NCBI GenBank assembly: GCA_964342815.1
Contig: CAYFHS010000001.1
Location: forward strand, 147,849 to 211,848
DNA from: an uncultured archaeon
Lineage (GTDB): Archaea > Thermoplasmatota > Penumbrarchaeia > JASLWR01
Reading direction: 5' to 3'
DNA length: 64,000 nucleotides
Part shown: one piece after another, positions 10,376-22,000 of the stretch
How the letters are laid out: every line of letters begins with the position of its first letter
Numbering within the stretch: the first letter of the stretch is position 1
Made by a program: the position numbers and the translations under genes
The notes under the pieces: model-generated
The model's database searches: none
What the model saw: the letters and a program-made list of their open reading frames with translations, nothing else
What the model was told of the DNA's origin: nothing

Positions 10376-13300
10376 CTAAGCCGAGTTGATAACACCCTGC
10401 GTTTGACATACCGGGCAGGTGACCAGAGCCGGGTACTCTATTATCTCCGCCGTGTAGTTATTGCCGCATGAGTGACACTGCATTGTCATTTCATTCGTCG
10501 ATGGTGCTGGTGTTTCTACCGGAATCGGGGGAGCGGTTGGTGGTGTAACTGGTGGTGTGACTGGTGGTGTGACTGGTGGTGTAACTGGCGGTGTATCTGG
10601 TGGTGTGACTGGTGGTGTAACTGGCGGTGTATCTGGTGGTGTGGTTGGTGGTGTGGCTGGCGGTGTATCTGGTGGTGTAGTTGGTGGTATGGCAGGTGGT
10701 GTGGCTGAGGGTGTGGTTGGCGGTGCCGGTTCGGGGGTTTTTGTCATATCCTCGAGATATGCTAGATACGAATCCAGTTCGGACAAATCTCCGGTCCCTG
10801 CCGGGGGTGCGGCGGGTTCACCAGGGGCAATATCCTGGCCCGGGATGGGCGGCGGAGAAGGTTGTGCCGGTGACGGCGGGAAAGAAATGTCCGCCGCGGG
10901 CATGTTCATCGGGTCTGCAAGGGGTGTCGGAAGCGGAACATCGAGACCTGAGAATACTACTGGCGCCGGACCTGGCTCGGGAGCTGGCGGAAGTGCCAAT
11001 CTAGTAAGTTCCTGCATTCCCTGGTCGGTTTGGAACGAGGGAAGCAAATAAGTGCTTTCTCCGGTAAAGCCTGTATTCAAAGCAGGTGGACCCTGAAATG
11101 TCTGACCTGGGCTGGCAGTGGGGAACTGGCTTTGGTTCACAAAACCCGGACCGGGAGCCAGCATCAGGTGTTGAGGTTGTGAACCCGGCATTCCTGTCAT
11201 AGGAGCCTGCATTCCTCCGCCATACATTTGCGGACCCGGCGGGGTAAACTGCCCTGAATGCGGTCTCTGCCCGTATGGGAGCTGCTTAGGCCCCGCTTTC
11301 ACAGGGGCGTCCACCTTCTCCTCTTTGGATTTCTTTTTTTTCCGGACGATAAAAAAGATGATCAGGATCAATAATATAAGAATAAAAATGCAGCCAAGGA
11401 TGATCAACAGCATCGATGAACTTTCACCCAGTATTCCCGCGGTTTCAGGGGGTACGATATCGGGCTCGCCCTCCGGAGTAGTATCACTGTTGTACGGATC
11501 GGTTCCGGATTCCCTCTCGAAACCGTCTGAAAAACCGTCCCCGTCGCTGTCCGTCTCGTAATGCAGCCTGCTTCCCACCTCGATATTTACATCCGTGCTC
11601 TCGTTGTAGCCGTGCCCGTCATAAACGAACAACGTGATGATGTGTTTTCCGGGGGCCAATCGCCCGCCAAAAAGTGGAAGTGAACCAAGAGATTTGTTCG
11701 CAGTGACGTTGCTGGACCAGTAAAAGCTCAGATTGTCCCCGTCATCATCATATGAGTCCAGTGCGTCGAACATTATTTCCCTGTCGTATCTGAAATACGA
11801 AGCTTGATCGGGAGAAGAAATAATTGCTTCAGGTCTTGAATTTACCCATACCCTGTATGATTTCGATATGTTATGGCCGGTCCCCATCATATCATCGGCT
11901 CGCCACCTGATGTAATTGTCAGGCCCCCATTGAAACTCCACATCCAGAAGAACCTGGGTCGGATTTCCCGTAACAACATTCACCACCTTCTTCCACGGCC
12001 CAAAACTCTTATTGTCGCCCCCCGCCCCACTGGCTATGGAATACTCCACGGTTTCCGGGTTGACACCGGAGCTGTCGTCCATGATCTCGATAAAACATTC
12101 AACCGTCTGACTGTTGGAATAATCGTTCTCATCCGGAGTGAAAATACCGAAATATACCGGGGATATGTCAATTTTCAGATTGAATTTGTCCGAAAGGGTG
12201 TAGGGATTGCCCACGAGGTCAGTTCCCCGGAACATGATGAAATTATCCGCACCCTCCTCATAGGTGAACGTTACGGTTATCTCATAACCGTCCACATCCG
12301 AGCCGCTGATGCTTTCAGGTACTATAGGTATCCAATGGCCGAAATCATTGGGACCCGACGAGGATATCCTCGCTTCGAAACTTTCTTGATTCACCCCGCT
12401 TCCTAAGTCGCTCACGGTTATTTTTGTAGTTATCGATTTTTGGCTATACCATTCCGTTTCCGGAGAAATCACGTTTGCGAATTTGATAGGAGTTGTGTCG
12501 ATCTTAATATTTACAGGTGAGGATTCGACGAAACCGTTTCCCGAAATATCTTTGGCACGCCATTTTATAAAATTTTCCTCGCCTTCCAAAAAGACATAAT
12601 TGACGCCTGGGCTCATGGGCTCATTTTGCACGGGCAGCCAGGCTGGTATCCAGAAATCAAACCCGTGAACTCCATTGTTGGAGATAGAATACTCCACTGT
12701 CGCGCCATCGACCCCGGATCCCTCTCCGTCATAAATGTCCACCGAGCAGTCGATATCAGTATGATTGTGCCAAATCCCGTCCGCGGGAGCGTAATTCGAA
12801 TAATACGGGACGGTCAGGTCCACCAGTATCTCTGAAACTTCGCTGTCACCGATATTTCCCACATTGTCGACACACCAGACGTATACCGGCACGACACCCT
12901 CGGGAAGTTCATCTATCTCCACTTCTGTTTTATTTGTAAAAGATCCGTTCTCCGAGGTCGAATTGTCGTCATGGGAATAATAATATCCCCTAAGACCCGA
13001 AGCAGGGTCTTCCACGGGGTCCCAGGTGACGAAGACCTCGTTCTTGTCGGTATTTCCGGTCTCCTTGTCTTTGAAATCGTCGGCATGGCACAGGAGGTTC
13101 ACAGGTGACAGCGGTGCGTCGGCATCGATCTTGAGAGGATAATCAAGATTCGCCGCGCAAATTCCATTTTCAGGTATGTTCTCGATACTTATTGTATATT
13201 CTTCGTCCGGGTTCGTGACATTTCCCGATACTGCTTCTATTGAAACCTTCCCGCCGCTGGATTCATAGTCCCACCATTCGTTACCTTTTCGGTCGCTAAT

Positions 13301-14776
13301 CCGGACATCGAAGAACTTGTCCTCGGGATAGACATTCTCCGAACCCTCGTAGGCAACGGTCATATTGCTGAAAAGAAGTTTTTCTTCGCCCCTTATCCAG
13401 TCTCCCCGCTCAACGATCCCCTGATATTCACCCTCTACCACGGGCTCTCCCACCAGTTCAAGGTCATTTTCCACGCGAAATAGATAGGGGAACCGGTCAA
13501 GGTTGAATCTCCCTGAACTTCCGGTTGTATTTATATAGCAGTCTATTAGGTCCTCGTGCGGGAAGGCAAAGTCGATTACAAAAGAGAAATTAATCCACCA
13601 TTTCTCCACATTGTTGTTTGAAAACGCCGAATCGCCCAGAAGTTCCAGATGATTTCCGAGGTCATTAGCCTTGTAAAAGTTTTTTTGCGTCCCATTGAAT
13701 CCCAGGGTTATGTTGGTATTGTTGTAATCTATAAATATCCTCAGGTCGGAAAGATCGTCAAGGGATTCGAAGGTGGTGACGTTGATACCCAGTTTGTAGG
13801 AGCGGTAACCGGCGTAACAGACAGCGCTTTTATTATCCGAATCCAACAGGTTGACCGATTCCGGCTCCGGGGGACGGGCGGTGGGAAAATTATCCTTGAC
13901 CATTTCGATATATTTTACCATCTGAAGAAGCTCATTGTTTCCGCGGTTGCCCCAGTCGAAGGTCATCATGTTCATCATGACGTAACCTTCGTCCAGAACA
14001 TATTCTATGAAAGCCGGTTTATTGTTCGCATTGGACCAGAGAATGTCATTCCACTTGTTGGTTTCGGGATTTGTCCCGAGGTTCGCCCCGCCTGAGTCCG
14101 CGAGGTTACCCGGCGCGGTGACGTATCCATGGCAGGTGGTGCCCCAGGACCGAAAGTTATTGGCATTCAGTCCATTTCCCCCAAAACCCTGACCTGTTAT
14201 CCATTCATGGTCATTGTCTGAAACGATGGGATTTTCGTCGGTAGTACCTGATTGCTGGTAGCTGCCAAAGTTCGAACCGCCCGGCCCCGTCACATCCTGG
14301 CCGGAATTGTGCGCGGCATTTGCTACGAAAATACCTCCTTTCCGCACATATTTCTCGATGATACCCCCGTTCATCATTGTCTTTAACGATCCGTCTGCAA
14401 TATCGCCCTGACAGCCTGTGTAAATCGCATAATAGCGGTCGAAAAGGTACTCTGCATTGCGCTGGGCCGTGACACCGGCTTGCTCAACGTCAAAAGGTAT
14501 TCCCTGGTTCGTGAGATGACCTTGGAGAGTGTTGGTGCGATCCCCGCCATTCGAGCAGACCAGCACCTTGTTTGCAGCTCTACTTTTTCCGTGGACGCCT
14601 ATATCTGAGTCTTTACCTGATGCAGCGGGATATCGTATGTCACCATCATATGAGACCGAAGCTGTTATCAAACGGTCGTTCCGGTCCTCGGAGGATTGGT
14701 CAACAAATGTCGGGATTATTAAAAGCAGACATATTATCAAAGGAAGACTGCGAATGATTGAATTTAATAATTTCAT
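10376..14776 (-). CDS. Array paralog 3: surface protein with GATase-like head
   Basis: Head NKVLVC...YYAIYTG...IEKYVRKGGIFV...KPAFIEYVLDEGYVMM; conserved stalk, TM and zinc-ribbon tail. Confidence 0.85.
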   Translation of the reverse strand: MKLLNSIIRSLPLIICLLLIIPTFVDQSSEDRNDRLITASVSYDGDIRYPAASGKDSDIGVHGKSRAANKVLVCSNGGDRTNTLQGHLTNQGIPFDVEQAGVTAQRNAEYLFDRYYAIYTGCQGDIADGSLKTMMNGGIIEKYVRKGGIFVANAAHNSGQDVTGPGGSNFGSYQQSGTTDENPIVSDNDHEWITGQGFGGNGLNANNFRSWGTTCHGYVTAPGNLADSGGANLGTNPETNKWNDILWSNANNKPAFIEYVLDEGYVMMNMMTFDWGNRGNNELLQMVKYIEMVKDNFPTARPPEPESVNLLDSDNKSAVCYAGYRSYKLGINVTTFESLDDLSDLRIFIDYNNTNITLGFNGTQKNFYKANDLGNHLELLGDSAFSNNNVEKWWINFSFVIDFAFPHEDLIDCYINTTGSSGRFNLDRFPYLFRVENDLELVGEPVVEGEYQGIVERGDWIRGEEKLLFSNMTVAYEGSENVYPEDKFFDVRISDRKGNEWWDYESSGGKVSIEAVSGNVTNPDEEYTISIENIPENGICAANLDYPLKIDADAPLSPVNLLCHADDFKDKETGNTDKNEVFVTWDPVEDPASGLRGYYYSHDDNSTSENGSFTNKTEVEIDELPEGVVPVYVWCVDNVGNIGDSEVSEILVDLTVPYYSNYAPADGIWHNHTDIDCSVDIYDGEGSGVDGATVEYSISNNGVHGFDFWIPAWLPVQNEPMSPGVNYVFLEGEENFIKWRAKDISGNGFVESSPVNIKIDTTPIKFANVISPETEWYSQKSITTKITVSDLGSGVNQESFEARISSSGPNDFGHWIPIVPESISGSDVDGYEITVTFTYEEGADNFIMFRGTDLVGNPYTLSDKFNLKIDISPVYFGIFTPDENDYSNSQTVECFIEIMDDSSGVNPETVEYSIASGAGGDNKSFGPWKKVVNVVTGNPTQVLLDVEFQWGPDNYIRWRADDMMGTGHNISKSYRVWVNSRPEAIISSPDQASYFRYDREIMFDALDSYDDDGDNLSFYWSSNVTANKSLGSLPLFGGRLAPGKHIITLFVYDGHGYNESTDVNIEVGSRLHYETDSDGDGFSDGFERESGTDPYNSDTTPEGEPDIVPPETAGILGESSSMLLIILGCIFILILLILIIFFIVRKKKKSKEEKVDAPVKAGPKQLPYGQRPHSGQFTPPGPQMYGGGMQAPMTGMPGSQPQHLMLAPGPGFVNQSQFPTASPGQTFQGPPALNTGFTGESTYLLPSFQTDQGMQELTRLALPPAPEPGPAPVVFSGLDVPLPTPLADPMNMPAADISFPPSPAQPSPPPIPGQDIAPGEPAAPPAGTGDLSELDSYLAYLEDMTKTPEPAPPTTPSATPPAIPPTTPPDTPPATPPTTPPDTPPVTPPVTPPDTPPVTPPVTPPVTPPVTPPTAPPIPVETPAPSTNEMTMQCHSCGNNYTAEIIEYPALVTCPVCQTQGVINSA
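10538..10705. repeat. 12-bp tandem repeat (14 units) encoding (PPxT)n in the tail of paralog 3
   Basis: Units of the form TGGTGGTGTRAC / TGGCGGTGTATC counted directly. Confidence 0.9.
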
Positions 14777-14931
14777 TCAATTCAACCTCTTTTCAGGCCA
14801 ATTGGCGAACTTTGTCGCCCGCTATGATGTCGCTAGAAGGGGTAATTTGATGACAAATCCATGGTCTTATGAATAGATAATGTTTTCGTTTGAAAAAGAT
14901 AATACTCGCACATATCTAAATCGATTCCCGA

Positions 14932-17900
14932 TCATTGTGATTCTATGATGCCCTGCGTCTTGCAGACCGGGCAGGTGACCAGAGCCGGGTACTGGGATAT
15001 TTCTGCATTGTAGTTATTTCCGCATGAGTGGCACTGCATGGTTATTTCGTTAGTGACAGGCGCGGGGATCCCTTCATGAGCTTGTAGTGAGGCTGGCTGA
15101 AATGGCTCCGGTGGTGTGGGTAAAGTATCCAACGCGCCTATGGCCTGAACTGCCTCAGGTTGTAATGACAGATCCGGATTGTGTATCGAAGGCGCAGCGG
15201 CCGGATTCATTATTGCTTGCCCGCCCGCAGGATCCGGTCCGGGCGGAAGGGCCATTAGCTCGAGGTTCTGAGCCCCCTCTTCTGTAGAGAATAATGGTAG
15301 GGAATATGCGGTACTGCCTGAGGGACCCGGCCCTGCAGGACTGTAGGGGGGAAGTTGTGGAGAATAGTCATTTTGCGGTATTTGAGCTTGCGGGGCTTGA
15401 CCGGGAACGGGCGGGCCGTATTGGTTTGTGTTAGTAATACCCGCCCCCGGAGGGAAAACTGCCCCGGGGGCGCCGGCTCCCTGCATCCCCCATGCTGCTC
15501 CCTGGTATTGTGCCATTTCCCCGTATCCCTGGGGTAAGCCCGTGGGATGATATTGACCCTGGGGATAAGGATGCTGTGGAGGTCCGTATTGTGATTGCAT
15601 CGGGATGGGCATACCCGATGGTGAAATTTGTTCTGAATCCTTTTTCTTCCTTTTCCTTATAATGAACAAGATCACCAGAATGACAATTATCAGCAGTAAG
15701 ATACAACCTACAATCACAAACAACAGGGAAGAGTCTTCACCCAGTATTCCTCCGCGATCCTGATCAACGATATCCGGCTTACCTCCCGGGAAAACCGCTC
15801 TGTTATACGGGTCGGACCCTTTTTCACGCTCCAAGCCGTCGGAAAATCCATCCCCGTCGCTGTCCTTTCCATAAACAGCCGGGCCGCCCACCTCAATTCT
15901 GATTTTCTCACTCTCGTTGTAGCCGTGACCGTCTGACACAAATAAGGTTATAGTATGTTTTCCAGGTTCTAATTGAAAACTGAAATAGGCTCCTGAACCA
16001 ATTTGACGATTCGCACTGACATTTGAGGTCCAGTAATGGGTGAGGTTGTCCCCATCCTCGTCGGAGGAATGGGTGGCATCGAAGGTAATTTCGCCATCGA
16101 ACCTGAAATATGATCCGTCATCGGGAGACGATATCACAACTTTTGGTATGGAATTCACCCATACCCTGTAAGGCATCGACTCATTGAAACCGGTCCCCGT
16201 AAGATCGTCCGCACGCCATTTTATATAATTATCGTCACCCCATTCGAATTCCAGTTTCATAAGAACCTGGGTGGGATTTCCCGTAACCACATTTACTGCG
16301 TTTTTCCAGGGGTCGAAACTTTCATTGTCGGTCCCTCCGTATCCTATGGAATATTGAACCGTTGACGGATTCACACCCGAACCGTCATCTAATATCTGGA
16401 TGAAACATTCCACAGTTCTATCGTCAGCATATTCCTCCTCATCCGGTTTAAAGGTCCCGAAATATACCGGGGAACTATCTATTTTCAGATTGAATTTATC
16501 GGATAGTGTATATGGAGTTCCAACCATGTCGGTTCCGCGAAACATGATATAGTTGTCCTTTCCTTCCGCATAGCTGAAAGTTACCGTTATTTCGTATTGA
16601 CCTTCAACTGGTTCATGTATGTTCTCGGCATCTATGGATATCCATTTACCGAAATCATTTGGACCTGCAGTGGATATTCTTGCCTCCAGGCTTTCGAGGT
16701 CCACCCCGCTTCCGGTGTCACTTACGGTTATTGTTGTGCTAATTGTATTTTGCGCGTACCATTCAATCTGCGGAGTTATCTCATCATTGAAACTAACAGG
16801 GGTGATATCCACCTTTATGTTTACGGGCGGAGATTCGGAAAATCCGTTCTCTGAAATATCCTTGGCACGCCATTTTATGTAATTTTCTTCACCCTCCGGA
16901 AAGATGTATTTAACACTGGGGATTATGGGATTTCCTTCTTCCGGCACCCACGCGGGCATCCAGAAATTGAATCCGTGCGTTCCGCTTGCAGAGATCGAGT
17001 ATTCGATGGTGCTTCCGTCGACCCCTGATCCCGGTCCATCGAATATCTCAATTGAGCAGTCGATATCAGTATGATTGTGCCATGAACCATCCAGGGGTGT
17101 ATGATTTGAAAATACAGGCGGAGAAAGATCAACCAGTATTCCCGAAGAAGCCGCATCCCCAATATTCCCCACGTTATCGACGCACCAAACGTAAATTTCC
17201 GCGTATCCCTCTTCAAGCTCATCTATCTTAACTTCAGTAACATTGGTGAATGTCCCGTCAGTGGTTCCCGAATTGTCCGATTGTGAATAATAATATCCAA
17301 GAAGGCCCGAGGCCGGGTCCTCCACCGCATCCCAGGTTACGTACATCTCGGGCTGCTTGGTATTCCCGGTCTCCTTGTCCTTGAATCCTCCTGCACGGCA
17401 TTTGAGGTTTACGGGAAACAGGGGCGGTTCAGCATCGAGCTTAACGGGAAAGCTCAGATTGGTCATGCATATGCCCGAGCCGGGGATGTCCTCGATGGTG
17501 ATGAGATATTCCTCGTCCGGGTCGGTGGCGTAGCGCGTCCTTATTGGTAAGGAAATCCCCTCGACACTGGAACTGTTGTCCCACCATGTGTTTCCAAACC
17601 TATCAGTGATCCTGACATTGAAGAATTCGTCATCCGGATACAGCATAGGCGAACCCGCATAAACCACGGAAAGGTTGCTGACCGTGATGTTCTGACCTCC
17701 CTTTACCCAGTCCCCCGGATCGATTTTGCCCTGTTCTTCTCCGGAAAAAAACGGAGTGCCTGCAAATTCAAAATCGTTCTCCACCCTAAACAGCCATGGG
17801 AACCTGTCCATAGTATGTTCATTGGCCACCGAGCTGGTTTTGGTCAAGCAATCTATGGGTCTTTCGTGGGGAAATGAAAAATTGAATATCACAGAAAAAT

Positions 17901-18987
17901 TCACCCATATTCGATCTACCCCGTCATCCGCCAGTGTACAGTTATCTATGAGAAGATTGACGTCGTTCTTTTCGTCCTGTAACTTGAAGAATTCGTTTCT
18001 GCTCCAGTTATAACCCAGGGTGGCATTTGTCGTATTGTAATCAAGATAGACCTTCAGTTCGGAAACGTGATTCAGGTTTTCATTAGTAGTGAGATTGACG
18101 CTGAAGGTGTAGGGTTTATATCTGGTATAGCAGACATTTTCCTCACCCTTCGGAACCACGAGTGCGGCGGAGTCCGTATAGACCAGCAGATCCACTGCGG
18201 AGTAGCGGTACCAGGTGTTTCTGCTGAACTCGCATGCCTGCAGCTCCCTTCCGGTCCACGCAAGACCGTAATTCCCGCTGTTGTAGGGTGGATCGATGGT
18301 GCGCAGGTGCTGGCCGTTCATATCATACACCAGCAGCTCGTGATCGCTGTCCGATACGATGAGCATATTGTTGAAATAGAGCATACCAAAAGCGTTTGAG
18401 AAACGGAGACTGGGGTTGATGGTTCCGAGCTTGGCGCCGGTATTCTTGTCCAGCTTCAGTATTGGGCCGTAATTGAAAAGGCCATACACGTATTTATCAT
18501 CGCAGGTGATCCCTCTCGCCTGGCTTCCGTCGTTATACGTCCTGGCCCAGAGCTGGTTCCCGTTCCTATCGAACTTGTAGAAGGTTCTGCTGTTATCCCC
18601 TACATAGAGATTGCCATCGGAATCGGTTCCGAGAGCGATGGATCTTGACACGGTATTTCTCGTACCCACCAGCCTACCGGCATCGTTGTAACGGTGGATG
18701 GTGCTGCTTGACCACGACTGCTTGACCCAATACTCTTTGAAGTATCTCATATAGACCGAGCCGTATTGAGTGGTTCCATCCAGGTTTCTCGTACCCAGAT
18801 ATTGAAAATCCTCGGCCCTTGTCTCGTTCCCATAATTATTCCCGGATCCTCCATCGATTTCATCCGGTTCAGCCTCTTGAATATTATTTATACTGGCTTT
18901 CCCGATATTGAAAGAAAAGATCAGGCTGAACAGTGATATGGTGATCAGCAATACCGGCAAAATATCACTTAAGCGGGTACGTTTCAT
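14932..18987 (-). CDS. Array paralog 4: surface protein with NHL/PQQ-like beta-propeller head and shorter tail
   Basis: Likely start MKRTRLS at 18987. Head repeats ALGTDSDGNLYVGD, FDRNGNQLW, GITCDDKYVY, VYDMNGQHLRTI, GLAWTGREL; conserved stalk. Confidence 0.85.
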   Translation of the reverse strand: MKRTRLSDILPVLLITISLFSLIFSFNIGKASINNIQEAEPDEIDGGSGNNYGNETRAEDFQYLGTRNLDGTTQYGSVYMRYFKEYWVKQSWSSSTIHRYNDAGRLVGTRNTVSRSIALGTDSDGNLYVGDNSRTFYKFDRNGNQLWARTYNDGSQARGITCDDKYVYGLFNYGPILKLDKNTGAKLGTINPSLRFSNAFGMLYFNNMLIVSDSDHELLVYDMNGQHLRTIDPPYNSGNYGLAWTGRELQACEFSRNTWYRYSAVDLLVYTDSAALVVPKGEENVCYTRYKPYTFSVNLTTNENLNHVSELKVYLDYNTTNATLGYNWSRNEFFKLQDEKNDVNLLIDNCTLADDGVDRIWVNFSVIFNFSFPHERPIDCLTKTSSVANEHTMDRFPWLFRVENDFEFAGTPFFSGEEQGKIDPGDWVKGGQNITVSNLSVVYAGSPMLYPDDEFFNVRITDRFGNTWWDNSSSVEGISLPIRTRYATDPDEEYLITIEDIPGSGICMTNLSFPVKLDAEPPLFPVNLKCRAGGFKDKETGNTKQPEMYVTWDAVEDPASGLLGYYYSQSDNSGTTDGTFTNVTEVKIDELEEGYAEIYVWCVDNVGNIGDAASSGILVDLSPPVFSNHTPLDGSWHNHTDIDCSIEIFDGPGSGVDGSTIEYSISASGTHGFNFWMPAWVPEEGNPIIPSVKYIFPEGEENYIKWRAKDISENGFSESPPVNIKVDITPVSFNDEITPQIEWYAQNTISTTITVSDTGSGVDLESLEARISTAGPNDFGKWISIDAENIHEPVEGQYEITVTFSYAEGKDNYIMFRGTDMVGTPYTLSDKFNLKIDSSPVYFGTFKPDEEEYADDRTVECFIQILDDGSGVNPSTVQYSIGYGGTDNESFDPWKNAVNVVTGNPTQVLMKLEFEWGDDNYIKWRADDLTGTGFNESMPYRVWVNSIPKVVISSPDDGSYFRFDGEITFDATHSSDEDGDNLTHYWTSNVSANRQIGSGAYFSFQLEPGKHTITLFVSDGHGYNESEKIRIEVGGPAVYGKDSDGDGFSDGLEREKGSDPYNRAVFPGGKPDIVDQDRGGILGEDSSLLFVIVGCILLLIIVILVILFIIRKRKKKDSEQISPSGMPIPMQSQYGPPQHPYPQGQYHPTGLPQGYGEMAQYQGAAWGMQGAGAPGAVFPPGAGITNTNQYGPPVPGQAPQAQIPQNDYSPQLPPYSPAGPGPSGSTAYSLPLFSTEEGAQNLELMALPPGPDPAGGQAIMNPAAAPSIHNPDLSLQPEAVQAIGALDTLPTPPEPFQPASLQAHEGIPAPVTNEITMQCHSCGNNYNAEISQYPALVTCPVCKTQGIIESQ

Positions 18988-19056
18988 ATTACACACTCAT
19001 TTTTAGGGTATATTCATTAATATCTAAATGTAAAAACGCAAAAGCAATAATATTTA

Positions 19057-19078
19057 CACTATTTATTATTAGTTATCT
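19057..19078 (-). promoter_or_regulatory. Putative BRE-TATA promoter of paralog 4
   Basis: Minus strand AGATAACTAATAATAAATAGTG about 70 nt upstream of the ATG. Confidence 0.45.
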
Positions 19079-19086
19079 TAAATAAA

Positions 19087-22000
19087 TTACATAGATTCGA
19101 TCATTCCCTGAGTCTGACAGACCGGGCAGGTGACCAGAGCTGGAAGCTGCACTATCTCGGCTGTATAATTGTTACTGCAAGAGTGACACTGTATCTGCTG
19201 GAATCCACTTCGATTACCGCCACTGTTTGGTGGCGGAAGAGAAGGGGAAGCAGATTCCTGCGTTTCCGAAGATGAAGCCAACAGACCCGTCTGTTGGCGA
19301 TTCATGGTTATCTCATTTGCAGCCTGGGCCGGAGTTTCCATCGGAACGGGAGGCTCCCGGATATCGGATTCCTCTTTTAAACTACCTATTGTGGCGAGAT
19401 AAGCGTCAAGTTCCCCGAGATCACCTGTATTGGCATTCGTAGGATCAATAATGGATGATGGACCTGTGGCTGCTGGGGCCGGAGGTGAAATTAGCTGTTG
19501 GCCGAAAGGAAACTGCTGTTCATCTACACTGGGCGATATGGTTTCAGGTTGTATCGGATTGATATTTGTTTGCGCTTCAGCGTGTATGGGTCCGGGAGGT
19601 AATGCCATCCTGTTGAGATTCTGCGAGCCTTGCTCGGTGGAGAACTGTGGAAGTGAGTAAGTGGTGCTGCCTGCGGCACCCGTACCAAGCTGACCGTATG
19701 GGATCTGCGGTTGTAATTGTAATGTGGGAGTTTGTCCGGGGGCAGCCGTCCCGAATTGCTGGGAGGCCCCCATCCCCGATCCCGAATTCATCATCATGGT
19801 AGGGGTATTCAGTCCTTGCATAGCCATGACCGCCGCTTGGTATTGCGCCATTTCTCCATAGCCCTGCTGCCCGGCTTCAGACATGTATTGACCCTGACCA
19901 TAGGGATGCTGGGATGGGCCGTATTGTGATTGTAGCGGGGGAGACTGGACGCTGGGTTCTTCGTCTTTTTTTCTTTTTCTCACTACAAAGAATATAACCA
20001 AAATCAGGATGATCAACAGTAATAATCCCCCAAGAACTACAAAAAGCAGTGAAGAACCTTCACTCAATATTCCCAATTTCTCCTGGACGACAATATCCGG
20101 CTCACCTTCCGGGGAAACCGCCCCGTTATGCGGGTCGGTACCTTTTTCGCGCTCCAACCCGTCCGAGAATCCGTCCCCGTCGCTGTCCCGCTCATAAGCT
20201 GCTTTAGAACCCACTTCGATTTTAACCTTCGCGCTCTCATTGTAACCATTCCCGTCTGACACGAATACAGTTATTGTATGTTTTCCAGGGGCCAGCACGG
20301 CATATTTAACACTGCCGACCCCCAGGAGCTGGTTGGCGCTGACATTGGATGTCCAGTAATAGGTGAGATTGTCTCCATCCTCGTCGGATGAATCGGAAGC
20401 ATCGAATGTAATTTCGCCGTCATAGCGGTAATACGACCCAGCTTCGGGAGATGAAATTTCTGCATCCGGCTTCGAATTCACCCATACCCTGTAAGGCAGT
20501 GACACATTGTACCCCGTTCCCATGACATCGTTGGCACGCCAACGTATGAAATTATCGGACCCCCATTCGAACTCCAACTCCATTAGAACCTGCGTGGGAT
20601 TCCCCTCTACAACGTTAACTGCCTTCTTCCACGGCCCAAAACTTTCATTGCCGCCGCCCCCTTTGGCGACAGAATATTCGACGGTTTGGGGATCTACCCC
20701 CGATCCGTCGTCCAGTATCTGTATGAAGCATTCCACGGACTTTCTGTCCGCAAAATCATTCTCGTCCGGTGTGAAATCGCCGAAATACACCGGGGAAGTA
20801 TCGATTTTCAGATTGAATTTGTCTGACGAGGTAAAGGGATTTCCCACCATGTCCGTGCCTCTGAACATGATGTAATTATCCTTCCCTTCCGGGTAAGTGA
20901 AAGTGACGGCTATTTCATAACCGTCGTCACCGAATTTAGTTATATTTTCCCGGTCAATTTGCATCCATGTGCTGAAATCATTTGGGCCCGACGTGGATAT
21001 CCTTGTTTCGAAGCTTTGCGGATCCAAGCCGCTTCCGGTATCGCTAACCGTTATCTTTGTTGTTATTGAATGGTGATCATACCAATCCTTCGGGGGTGAT
21101 ATCGCATCGGCAAAAATGACGGGAATCGTGTCGATCTTTATGTTTATGGAAGGCGATTCCGCAAAGCCGTTCCCCGAAACGTCCTTTACCCTCCATTTTA
21201 TGTAATTTTCTTCACTCTCCTCAAAGATGTATTTTACGCTGGCCACCGTCGGTTCGTTCTCTAGAGGCACCCATGCAGGTAGCCAGAAATCAAAACCGTG
21301 TACTCCATCATTGGACACGGAGTATTCTATTGTAGTGACGTCGACTCCCGAACCAGTGCCGTCATATATTTCCACCATGCATTCTATGTCCGTGTGATTG
21401 CGCCATGAACCGTCCAGGGGAGTATGGTTCGAAAAGACCGGCAGCGTAAGGTCCACCAGTATGCCCGAATTTCCTGCCTCTCCAATGTTTCCCACATTAT
21501 CGATGCTCCAAACGTAAATTTCCGCAAATCCTTCACCCAGCTCATCGATCTTTACTTCTGTTTCATTGGTGAAAGTCCCATTTGTGGTTCCCGAATTGTC
21601 CAAATGAGAATAATAATAACCCAATAGACCCGAAGCCGGGTCCTCCACTTCGTCCCAAGTGACGTACATCTCGGCCTGGTTGGTATTCTCCGTCTCTTTG
21701 TCCTTGAAACCCCCGGCCCGACACTTCAGATTAACGGGAAACAGGGGTGCTTCTGCATCGATCTTTACCGGGAAGCTTAGATTTGTCATGCAAATACCGG
21801 AACCGGGGATGTTCTCGATGGTTATGAGATATTCCTCAGCCGGGTCGGTGACCTTTTGCGTATTAATGGAAATTGAAATCCCTTCCACGCTGGATGAATT
21901 GTCCCACCACGTTTTTCCGGTCCTGTCCATGATCCTGACATTGAAGAATTCATCATCCGGGTACCGCATTGGAGACCCTGCATATATCACTGTAATATTG

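Noticed and set aside
10472-11051. Antisense ORFs rich in W/C or G/V, and similarly the S-rich ORFs at 33598-34419 and 38784-39362
   Set aside because: Shadows of low-complexity coding repeats on the opposite strand.
19195-19302. Hammerhead ribozyme or clear bulge-helix-bulge intron in the 108-nt insert
   Set aside because: No CUGANGA core, and I could not draw a canonical BHB at the junctions; left open only as a remote option.
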